Shown here: positions 43,720 to 51,331 of the stretch, piece after piece | How the letters are laid out: each line of letters starts with the position of its first letter | Position numbering within the stretch: the first letter of the stretch is position 1 | NCBI GenBank assembly: GCA_964396225.1 | Contig: CAYNEL010000001.1 | Location: forward strand, 1-58,929 | Direction: 5' to 3' | Origin: an uncultured Bdellovibrionales bacterium | GTDB taxonomy: Bacteria > Patescibacteriota > Minisyncoccia > Moranbacterales > UBA1568 | DNA: 58,929 nucleotides | Notes under the pieces: generated by a model | Told to the model about the DNA's origin: nothing | What the model saw: only the letters and a program-made list of their open reading frames with translations | Databases searched by the model: none | Translations under genes and position numbers: made by a program

Positions 43720-45057
43720 ATGGCTGACACCCTCTTCGATGCCAAGCTCCGCCGGGCCCGCCTCGGCCTCCTGGGCGTGTTCCTTTTTGGCGTGGCCGTG
43801 ATGGGTTTCCGGGTTGTCTTTCCCGCCAAACCCTTCATCTACGATTTCGAAACGGCCAAAAAGAACGTCAACACCCTGCTCGATCCGCGGGACGAAGGCG
43901 ACCGCCCTCTCGGTGACGGCCGGACCGCTTCAGGCCTTCTCCGTGCGGATGCCGCCTTCAAGGGCGACTATTCGACGCTGGCCGTCCACCTGACCCGGGA
44001 CGGCGATAGCCCCGACCTCGCCGGTGGCCGGGTGAGTATCCGCAAATCCTTCCGGGCGGCCTTTCTGCCGGCCTCTCCTCTGCCAGCCGGTTTCCCGTCG
44101 GGCACCCTGCTCTCGTCGGAGGGCCGCTTCGCGCTCGTCCAGCGAGACGGTTCCAAACTCATCTTCCGGACCGCGGAGGATTGGCGGCGACTCGGACTGG
44201 CCGACGCGGCTTTTCTGCCCGTCACCGCCGAGGAATTCTCCTGGAACCCTGAGGCCGGCATGTGGGCGGCGGCTGGGCCGGACGACCTGCCGCCGGGATT
44301 GCTCGTCGAGAGCCGGGGCGTCTACTACCGCGTCGGGACGGACGGGACGCTCGAGCGCTTCGTCACAGAACACGCCTTCCGTTCCTTCGCTCCTGCCGCC
44401 TCGGTCCTTACTCTCCCTCCCGAGCGCCTCCTCGGCCGCGCCGTCGCCGACGACTGGCTCGGTTTCCGGGACGGATCACTCCTCGGCTTCGCGGGAGGCG
44501 TCTTCATGGTCAACGGCCGTACCATCCAACCCATCGGCAGTCCCGAGGTGTTCCTCGCCCTGGGTTTCGACTGGAACGACGTCATCCCTGTCTCTGAGGA
44601 GGAGATCTCGCTCTACGAACGCGGCCGCATCGCCATCATGGACACGCCCCACCCCGGAGGGACGGTCCTCCTCGATGCCGACAGCGGACGCGCCTTCGTG
44701 GTGGACGGCGGCACGCGCCGGCCGATCCTGAGCGAATCGGTCCGCACCCGCCTTCTCGAAGGGCGGCACCCCATCGCGTATTCCGAAGCCGCCTTGGCCC
44801 TGACCGAGACCTGCCGTCTCGAGTACGGGCTGTTCCGCCGCTACCACTGCCGTCTGCCGGTGGAGCGCTTCTCGGGACTGCCGGGCAACGCTTTCGAGAT
44901 CTCGCTTGAACTTCCCGAGGACGCCAACCTCCGCCGTTTCTCGGCTTCCTTCCAATCCTCGATCACACCCTCCAATTTCCGCTACGCCCTCTCCCAGATC
45001 AAACAGCGCATCCTCGGCCATTACGGTTTGGCCGAAGATGCTGCGTCCCTTCCCTGA
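43720..45057 (+). CDS. Hypothetical exported/anchored protein with internal repeats
   Basis: 445 aa. The N-terminal signal anchor is LGLLGVFLFGVAVMGF. About four degenerate ~55-aa repeats occur, of the type G-x-LL..(G/D)G....(I/F)....(F/W)..LG (for example GVFMVNGRTIQPIGSPEVFLALGFDWNDVIPVS). Confidence 0.6.
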   Translation: MADTLFDAKLRRARLGLLGVFLFGVAVMGFRVVFPAKPFIYDFETAKKNVNTLLDPRDEGDRPLGDGRTASGLLRADAAFKGDYSTLAVHLTRDGDSPDLAGGRVSIRKSFRAAFLPASPLPAGFPSGTLLSSEGRFALVQRDGSKLIFRTAEDWRRLGLADAAFLPVTAEEFSWNPEAGMWAAAGPDDLPPGLLVESRGVYYRVGTDGTLERFVTEHAFRSFAPAASVLTLPPERLLGRAVADDWLGFRDGSLLGFAGGVFMVNGRTIQPIGSPEVFLALGFDWNDVIPVSEEEISLYERGRIAIMDTPHPGGTVLLDADSGRAFVVDGGTRRPILSESVRTRLLEGRHPIAYSEAALALTETCRLEYGLFRRYHCRLPVERFSGLPGNAFEISLELPEDANLRRFSASFQSSITPSNFRYALSQIKQRILGHYGLAEDAASLP

Positions 45058-45069
45058 CGCCCTTTCCTT

Positions 45070-45486
45070 ATGTCTCATCTTTTCAATCGTCTGCGTGCCT
45101 CTCTCGAACGGGATCGGGAACGCCGGGAGAGGGATGCTGTCCTCCTCTCCGACCTCGTGCTGTACACGCTCGTCGTCCTGGCCGGTCTCATGACGTTCGA
45201 GGCACTCATCCCGGGCTTCGTCACCGCCCGGGTCAACCTGGCCTGGCTCATCCTCTGGAGCGTCCTCCTCATGCTGGCCGCGGAAGCGTTCCCGCCCAAG
45301 CGCCGGCCGATCCTCTCGATCCTGACTGAAAACAAAAGCGTCCGCCTCGTGGCGGCGCTCTGGGCCCTCCTCCTCCTCGCCAACGCTTCGCTCAACTTCG
45401 GTCTCCCACTCATCCCCCTCATACTGCTGGCCGGCGGGGCGCTGGCGCTCCTCTTCCTCGCCTGGCGTCGGGAAGAATCCAGCTGA
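45070..45486 (+). CDS. Small membrane protein (4 TM helices), hypothetical
   Basis: 138 aa and very hydrophobic. It follows the previous gene by 12 nt. Its stop abuts the stop of the convergent GT4 gene. Confidence 0.55.
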   Translation: MSHLFNRLRASLERDRERRERDAVLLSDLVLYTLVVLAGLMTFEALIPGFVTARVNLAWLILWSVLLMLAAEAFPPKRRPILSILTENKSVRLVAALWALLLLANASLNFGLPLIPLILLAGGALALLFLAWRREESS

Positions 45487-46608
45487 TCACTCCTCCCCCA
45501 CGATCCATCCCCGTGTTTCCCGAGCCGCCCGATCCCACGAGAAGAGGGCGGCTCTTTCTCGGCCGGCCGCGACGAGGCGGCGGCGGAGGTCTGGATCGCT
45601 GAGGACGAGGCGCATGCTCTCGGCCAAGGCGGCCGTGTCGGTGACGTCGGCGTACTGGACGGCCTCGCCCCCCACTTCCGCGAGACTCGAATGGCGCCCG
45701 CAGACCACCGGTGTGCCGGAGACGAAGGCCTCGAGAAGCGGCAGGCCAAAACCTTCATAGAGCGACGGGAAAACGAACAAGCTGGCGTTCCGGTAGAGTC
45801 CCTTCAGGTCCTCGTGTTCCACCCGGCCGGTGAGTACCACGTCGTCCCGGAAGGGATGGGTGGCCACGGCCTCCAAGACCATCCCTGACAACCAGGCCGG
45901 TTCGCCGGCCAGGACGAGTTTGTGGCGGGGGTACTCGGCCTTGATCAGGGCGAAGGCGTCGAGGAGTCGCACCAGGTTCTTCCGCGGTTGGATGGCCCCG
46001 ACGTAGAGGAAGTAGCCGTCCGGCTGGAGCGAGTGGCGCTCGAGGCAGGACAGCGTCCGGGCCGGGTCCGGAGCCAGGCTCCAGGAGGCGCCGACGGCGT
46101 GGTGGATGACGCGGATCTTCCCTTCCGGTGTGCCCGGATAAAGGCGGAGGATGTCGTCCCGGGTGGCCGCCGAGACGGCGATCAGCCGGGTAGCGTGTCG
46201 TACGGCGTACTGGGTGAACCATTCGAGGCGGCGGCGGGTGCGCGGATGGAAAGCCTCGGGAAAGAAGCGGAAGGCCAGGTCGTGGATGGTGACGGTGCTC
46301 TCGACCCCCTGCGGGAGACAGAACGGCAGGGCCTGGACGGGCATCCAGAGGCGGTCGGGCCTCAAACGGAAGAGTTCCCAGGCGAAACGCGTCTGGGTCC
46401 AGAAGACGGGCGGGAACGGAACGGCATGCACCGTCGTACGTGGAAGAATGGGCGGTTTGAGGGCGGGGTTGAAGCGCGTGCGGTGGAAGAGATACCACTG
46501 GTCGTCAAGCGACGTATCGGCGATGCGGCGGAGGATTTCCGAAAGGTAGACCCGGGTCCCGTCGATCCGGGCGTGGTCGAGGTCGGCGGCTTGGACGGCG
46601 ATGCGCAT
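45487..46608 (-). CDS. GT4 glycosyltransferase
   Basis: Starts MRIAVQAADLDHARIDGTRVYL.... Contains EGFGLPLLEAFVSGTPVVCGRHSSLAEV. Confidence 0.85.
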   Translation of the reverse strand: MRIAVQAADLDHARIDGTRVYLSEILRRIADTSLDDQWYLFHRTRFNPALKPPILPRTTVHAVPFPPVFWTQTRFAWELFRLRPDRLWMPVQALPFCLPQGVESTVTIHDLAFRFFPEAFHPRTRRRLEWFTQYAVRHATRLIAVSAATRDDILRLYPGTPEGKIRVIHHAVGASWSLAPDPARTLSCLERHSLQPDGYFLYVGAIQPRKNLVRLLDAFALIKAEYPRHKLVLAGEPAWLSGMVLEAVATHPFRDDVVLTGRVEHEDLKGLYRNASLFVFPSLYEGFGLPLLEAFVSGTPVVCGRHSSLAEVGGEAVQYADVTDTAALAESMRLVLSDPDLRRRLVAAGRERAALFSWDRAARETRGWIVGEE

Positions 46609-46615
46609 AGGGCGG

Positions 46616-47326
46616 TCAGGCGCGGTTGGAAATGAGGGTGCCTCGGTACGGCCCTCGCTCGAAGTAGGCGGTCAGGTTCGGAAGGTCGCGGCCGTCCATG
46701 ACGATCACTTCGAGGTCCTGTTCCTCGGCCAGCTTCGAGGCTACCGGGTCGAACGGGGCGTTGAGACCGGGCGCCCACTCGTCCCCGACCAGGGCCCGGA
46801 AGGTGGGCCAGTCCATCCGCTCGTAACGGAGGGCGTCCGGCTGTTCTCGTGGATCGGCGGCGTACACCCCGTCCACGTTGGTGAGGTTCAGGATGGTCCG
46901 GATGTCCAGGTACTTGGCCAGGACGGTGGCCACGTAATCGGTGGAGAAGCCGGGCCGCCATCCCGCTGCCACCAGGATGTTCTCCTTGAAGTGGTAGAAA
47001 TCCTCGAGGTCGTGCGGGTTGGTGCTGATGCGCGGATGGGCGTATTCGCGGAAAACAGTCCGGAGGAGGTGGGCGTTCAACCGGGTGGCATGGATGCCGA
47101 GCCAGTCCTTGTCCTCATTGGTGATCTCAGCCACCTGGCTGCCGGCCTCGATGTAGTGGCGGGCGGTCCAGCCGCCACCGGTGACGATGACAAACTTCTC
47201 ACCTCGTCGGATGCGTTCCACGAGGAGGTCGCGGAAGTCCACGAGGAAGGGAGCGGCGATATCATCGGGCACGAGCAACGACCCCCCGAGCGAAATGAGC
47301 GTATAGGGGGCGGATGGGGCGGGCAT
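46616..47326 (-). CDS. pyrH: Archaeal-type UMP kinase (amino-acid kinase family)
   Basis: ATG 47326 (MPAPSAPYTLISLGGSLL...). ...FVIVTGGGWTARHYI...VAAGWRPGFSTDYVA...NVDGVYAADP are typical of the short PyrH type. The ORF-track extension overlaps proS. Confidence 0.75.
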   Translation of the reverse strand: MPAPSAPYTLISLGGSLLVPDDIAAPFLVDFRDLLVERIRRGEKFVIVTGGGWTARHYIEAGSQVAEITNEDKDWLGIHATRLNAHLLRTVFREYAHPRISTNPHDLEDFYHFKENILVAAGWRPGFSTDYVATVLAKYLDIRTILNLTNVDGVYAADPREQPDALRYERMDWPTFRALVGDEWAPGLNAPFDPVASKLAEEQDLEVIVMDGRDLPNLTAYFERGPYRGTLISNRA

Positions 47327-47331
47327 GGCGG

Positions 47332-48588
47332 CTAGAGCGAAAGGTAAGTCTGGCGCAGGCCGGAGACGAGCCCATCCATGGGGAGGATGGTGCCGGCGGC
47401 CTCGGTGCGGCGTTTGGCCTCGACGCCGCCTTTTTCGAGCGACCGGCCGCTCACCACGAGACGGACGGGGATGCCGTAGAGGTCGCTCTCGGCAAATTTC
47501 TCCCCGGCGCTCGCTTCCCGGTCGTCGTACAGTGTCTCGATGCCGGCCGCCCGGAGCTCGCCGTAGAGGCGGTCGGCCTCGTCCGGGGCGCCGAGGGAAA
47601 GAAGGTGGACCTGGAAGGGCGCCACCGTCGCCGGCCAGACCATCCCGCGGTCGTCCGAGAGGCATTCCACGATGGTGCCGAGGAGGCGCGAGGGACCGAT
47701 GCCGTAACTCCCCATGATGACCGGACGACTTTCACCGTTCTCGTCCACGAAGCGGAGTCCCAAGGGTTCCGAAAAGCGTGTACCGAGTTTGAAGATATTG
47801 CCCACTTCGGCGGCCTTGGCCTCCTCGAGTGTGTCGCGCGCGAGACCGAGGTCGGAGAGGACCTCGTCGTTCAGGACTTCCTGGTTGATGGCGATCTTCT
47901 GGGCGCGCGAGACATAAATGACGTCTTCTCCCGCGTCGCAGAGGGTCTGGTATTCGTGGCTGTATTTGGCGAAGCTGCCGCCGGAGGCGAAGGTGAGGAA
48001 CGTCCGGTCGCCCAGGCCTACCCGTTCGAACACCCGGGCGTACGCCTGCTTGACCGACTCATAGAAAGCGTCCAGTTCTTCCTGCGAGCGGGAGAAGGAA
48101 TAGAGATCCTTCATCAGGAACTCGCGGCCGCGCATGACGCCCGACTTGGCCCGCGCCTCGTTCCGGAATTTGGTCTGGATCTGGTAGGCGTAGCGGGGCA
48201 GGTCCTTGTAGGAGGCGATATGGTTCTTCATCGCCGCCGTGATGGGTTCCTCGTGGGTGAAAGCGAGCGGCAGAGGCTGGTCGCTGCCCTTGAGCGCCGT
48301 CTTGAACCAGACGTCCACCCGCGTCTCATCGAGGCGGTCGGTGGCCGCCCAGAGGGAGGCGTCCTGGAGGGAGGAGAGGAAGACTTCCTGTCCCCCGATA
48401 CGATCCATCTCCTCCCGGATGACGCCGTTGATGCGGTCGAGGACCCTGAGCCCCAAGGGGAGAAAGGAGTAGACGCCGGCCATCTCCTTGTGCACGAAAC
48501 CGGCCCGGATGAGGAGTTGGGCGTTCTTGCTGGTTTCGTCGGACGGGGCCTCGCGGCGGGTGCGGGTGAGGAGGGTGGATTGGCGCAT
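47332..48588 (-). CDS. proS: Proline--tRNA ligase (short form lacking the INS editing domain)
   Basis: MRQSTLLTRTRREAPSDETSKNAQLLIRAGFVHKEMAGVYSFLPLG is the canonical ProRS opening. A C-terminal anticodon-binding region is present. ATG 48588 is preferred over 48642. Confidence 0.9.
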   Translation of the reverse strand: MRQSTLLTRTRREAPSDETSKNAQLLIRAGFVHKEMAGVYSFLPLGLRVLDRINGVIREEMDRIGGQEVFLSSLQDASLWAATDRLDETRVDVWFKTALKGSDQPLPLAFTHEEPITAAMKNHIASYKDLPRYAYQIQTKFRNEARAKSGVMRGREFLMKDLYSFSRSQEELDAFYESVKQAYARVFERVGLGDRTFLTFASGGSFAKYSHEYQTLCDAGEDVIYVSRAQKIAINQEVLNDEVLSDLGLARDTLEEAKAAEVGNIFKLGTRFSEPLGLRFVDENGESRPVIMGSYGIGPSRLLGTIVECLSDDRGMVWPATVAPFQVHLLSLGAPDEADRLYGELRAAGIETLYDDREASAGEKFAESDLYGIPVRLVVSGRSLEKGGVEAKRRTEAAGTILPMDGLVSGLRQTYLSL

Positions 48589-48660
48589 AGGTGTGGAAAC
48601 GGCGGTTTTTCCCATCATATCAACCCCCCGTGTGGAGGGCAATCGAGGCGTTCCCCTGGT

Positions 48661-49857
48661 CTACTTCCGTTCGGATTCGGCGTGGTTGTCCTCGAGGCGG
48701 AGCGCCGGTACGAGGGCGAGGAGCACCACTCCGCCCATGAGGAGGAAGACAGCCGGTAGCGGGGCGAAGAGGAGGCAGAGGCCGGTGGCCGCGGCGGCCA
48801 GGAGGTTGGCCACGGGCCGGGTAGTCCGGAAGAAGGCGATGACGTCGGCGTCGTCACCGTCGATACGTTTGTAGAAATACGAATCCCGGAGCACTTCGAG
48901 CGTGGCGAAACCGACGCGACTGCCGATGAGGAGAAGGATCCAGGTAAAAAGATTGGTCGAATCGGACGAGGCGATGAGGAGAGACATGCCCGCGATCCAG
49001 GTGAGGGAGAGGACGATACCCTCCTTCTCCCCCATCCGCCGATCGGCCAGAACCCCCAACGGATACGGCAGGAGGAGGAAGGGTAGGAGCATCCAGGAGA
49101 AGGCCAGACCGAGATCCTCCCAACCGAAGCCGAGCTCGACCATCCGGATCGGCACATAGACGATCATCACCGCGTAGGCGAATTCGAGCGACAGCGAGAT
49201 CCAGTAGTCCCGCATGATGTCGCTTCGGGGCAGAACTTTGGCCAGGATCTGGCGCGGCCGGAGCCGTCCGTCCACGAAAGAGTTCATCCGGCTGAACGCC
49301 AAGAGAGCGAAGACCAGCACGGTGCCGTAAATGAGGATGCTGGTGAAAAAGACGCTCCCGTACCCGTAACGGTCGAGCAGCCAGAAAGCCGAAAAGGGGG
49401 CGGTGATGAAGCCGATGTGGATGATGGTCAGGTAGAGGCCCCGGGTGCGGCCGCTCGAATGGTCCTCCGAATACGATTCGAGGATGAGGTCCATGTTCAC
49501 CCACACCAGGTTGATGACCACCAGCATGGCCATGAGGACGCCCGCGCCCGCGAGGGAGACCGGGATGATCACCAGGGCGAAAGCCCCGGCCACGAGGGCG
49601 ACCAGGAAGAAGGTGAGGAGGACGATCTTGCCGAACCGGGCCACCAGGGCATGGAAGTAGAAGAGGGTGACGAAAATCACCCCGAACGGGATGAGGTAGA
49701 AAAGGCTGACGTTCTCGGAACCGCTTGCCTCGCTGAAGTAGGAGGAGAAGAGGTAGAGGAGGAAAGCGTCGGCGAAGCCGAAAGCGAAGGAGAACAAGCT
49801 GATACGCCGGACCATCCGCCGGCCGGTCTCGGTGGGGTGTTTGTGTTTGAATGGCAT
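48661..49857 (-). CDS. MFS transporter
   Basis: 398 aa with about 12 TM segments in a 6+6 arrangement. A minus-strand TATACT box (49869-49874) lies 11 nt upstream of the ATG. Confidence 0.75.
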   Translation of the reverse strand: MPFKHKHPTETGRRMVRRISLFSFAFGFADAFLLYLFSSYFSEASGSENVSLFYLIPFGVIFVTLFYFHALVARFGKIVLLTFFLVALVAGAFALVIIPVSLAGAGVLMAMLVVINLVWVNMDLILESYSEDHSSGRTRGLYLTIIHIGFITAPFSAFWLLDRYGYGSVFFTSILIYGTVLVFALLAFSRMNSFVDGRLRPRQILAKVLPRSDIMRDYWISLSLEFAYAVMIVYVPIRMVELGFGWEDLGLAFSWMLLPFLLLPYPLGVLADRRMGEKEGIVLSLTWIAGMSLLIASSDSTNLFTWILLLIGSRVGFATLEVLRDSYFYKRIDGDDADVIAFFRTTRPVANLLAAAATGLCLLFAPLPAVFLLMGGVVLLALVPALRLEDNHAESERK

Positions 49858-49880
49858 AGCCTATCCCCAGTATAGCAAGA

Positions 49881-49907
49881 AAAAACCCAGCCAGTGAGGA
49901 GGCCGGG
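49881..49907 (-). terminator. Intrinsic terminator (minus strand)
   Basis: The minus-strand RNA forms a CCCGGCC/GGCUGGG stem (one G-U pair) followed by UUUUUU. It lies downstream of the 49931 stop. Confidence 0.55.
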
Positions 49908-49930
49908 TAAGGGTCGCGAGGGCGGACGGT

Positions 49931-50386
49931 TCAGTGATTTGTGACCGCCACGACGTTTTCGGAATGGAGGTCCGCATACAGGTCCAAGACCTGGTTGCGG
50001 AGCGCCTCGAGGGCAAGGCAAACCTTGTCCTGTCCCGTCACGCCACTCCTCGGGTCGTGGAGCAGGCCGCAGATCTCGTCAGTGATCCTGAGGATATTGC
50101 GGCAGTCACCGAGGTCGAAGAAGCGATACTCCCCGCCGCGCTGGAGCTCGAAACGGCTCGTGGCGAAACGGAGGAAAGCCTCCCCGTGCTCCACTATCTG
50201 GCACTTCGGGTCGCACGGATCGAAGCCGCCGGATGAGGGATGCTTCAGTGGTACACCGACCCTCTGGGACGAGTCCTCGAGAACGAGGCGTATCGTCTCT
50301 AAAAGCCGGAAATAGAGTCTCTCTGCCCCAGGATTCTGGAAACAGACGGGAGGCGGAGACTGCTTCACGGGTTGGTTCAAATTCAT
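49931..50386 (-). CDS. Hypothetical cytoplasmic protein (Cys-containing, no recognised family)
   Basis: ATG 50386 (MNLNQPVKQSPPPVCF...), 151 aa. It has its own strong promoter at 50443-50471. Confidence 0.55.
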   Translation of the reverse strand: MNLNQPVKQSPPPVCFQNPGAERLYFRLLETIRLVLEDSSQRVGVPLKHPSSGGFDPCDPKCQIVEHGEAFLRFATSRFELQRGGEYRFFDLGDCRNILRITDEICGLLHDPRSGVTGQDKVCLALEALRNQVLDLYADLHSENVVAVTNH

Positions 50387-50442
50387 GAGGACCCCCTCTA
50401 AAAGAAAAAGGACTGACCAAAACACGCTTTGAGCGTGCCCAG

Positions 50443-50471
50443 ACAGTAGCACGGGTAATGGTTTTTGTCAA
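50443..50471 (-). promoter_or_regulatory. Near-consensus sigma70 promoter
   Basis: On the minus strand: TTGACA (50466-50471), a 17-nt spacer, then TACTGT (50443-50448). The leader contains CACGCT-caa-AGCGTG followed by UUUU. Confidence 0.55.
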
Positions 50472-50483
50472 GACTGATTGACA

Positions 50484-50903
50484 CTATTCGAGGCACCCTT
50501 TGACGTACCCCCTCTTCTCGGCTTCCTCGGCATCTTTGAAACAGACCCGGTTGGCCGGCTTGATTTGGCTAGCACAACGCGAAGTCGGGACGTGGTATTT
50601 GTTGGAGTTGCGGCTTCCCACCAAGGCACAGTCGCCCGGCAGCGGAGGAGACGTTGTGGCGGTAGCGGTCTGGGTCGGGACAGACGGAGCCGCCGCGAGA
50701 GCTGGTTTCTCGATGACCAGCGGTTCGGGCTGGCGGGAGAGGCCCTGGAGATAGCCGCCCTGGAACGAGAGGACGGCGGTCAGGGCCAGGCCGCCGGCCA
50801 AGAGCACCCCCTCCCCGCGCGCCGACCACCAGGACAGGACGCCCTCCCTGGCAGAGCGGAAAGCGGTATGGCTGGCGGCGGCAAGGCGGGTGAAGCGCGG
50901 CAT
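50484..50903 (-). CDS. Membrane-anchored protein with a C-terminal Ada-like metal-binding ('sunset') domain
   Basis: 139 aa with one TM segment ([15 protein letters not shown]) and a P/T/A linker. The C-terminus is [42 protein letters not shown]. Confidence 0.6.
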   Translation of the reverse strand: MPRFTRLAAASHTAFRSAREGVLSWWSARGEGVLLAGGLALTAVLSFQGGYLQGLSRQPEPLVIEKPALAAAPSVPTQTATATTSPPLPGDCALVGSRNSNKYHVPTSRCASQIKPANRVCFKDAEEAEKRGYVKGCLE

Positions 50904-50906
50904 AGG

Positions 50907-50935
50907 TTGACAGTGGGCCGAAAAGACTTTATACT
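50907..50935 (+). promoter_or_regulatory. Consensus-like promoter of rpmA
   Basis: TTGACA (50907-50912), a 17-nt spacer, then TATACT (50930-50935). Confidence 0.65.
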
Positions 50936-50975
50936 CTCAAATGTTGTTTTTGCCAAGTTTTTAGCCTTTTCCGTT

Positions 50976-51254
50976 ATGGCTCATCGTAAAGCAGGCGGTT
51001 CCACCGACCTCGGCCGCGATAGTATTTCCAAGCGCCTCGGCGTGAAGATCTATGGCGGCCAGAAAGCGGTCGCCGGCAACATCATCATCCGCCAGCGCGG
51101 GACCAAGTTCCACCCTGGACAGAACGTCAAGCGCGTCGGCGACGACAGCCTGATCGCCATGGCGGCCGGCACCGTCCATTTCATGAAGAAGAAGGTGACT
51201 GATTTCACCGGCCGCCTCGTGGAGCGGACATTCGTGAGCGTCAAGGCGGAGTAA
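50976..51254 (+). CDS. rpmA: 50S ribosomal protein L27
   Basis: [51 protein letters not shown]..., 92 aa. Confidence 0.95.
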   Translation: MAHRKAGGSTDLGRDSISKRLGVKIYGGQKAVAGNIIIRQRGTKFHPGQNVKRVGDDSLIAMAAGTVHFMKKKVTDFTGRLVERTFVSVKAE

Positions 51255-51276
51255 ACCGGCGTTCCCCCGCCTCGTC

Positions 51277-51306
51277 AAAACACCCCTCGCGAAGAGGGGT
51301 GTTTTC
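51277..51306. terminator. Bidirectional intrinsic terminator between rpmA and pyrG
   Basis: 9-bp stem ACACCCCTC (51280-51288) / GAGGGGTGT (51294-51302) with an A-run before and a T-run after. Confidence 0.7.
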
Positions 51307-51331
51307 GTGTCTTGCGTGCGCGGGGAGGAGG

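Noticed and set aside
47314-48759. 481-aa ORF antisense to proS; also 17841..19175 (444 aa) and 11343..12401 (352 aa) antisense to the MTase/GT2 genes
   Set aside because: These are high-GC antisense frames without motifs. The sense genes are well supported and translationally coupled to their neighbours.
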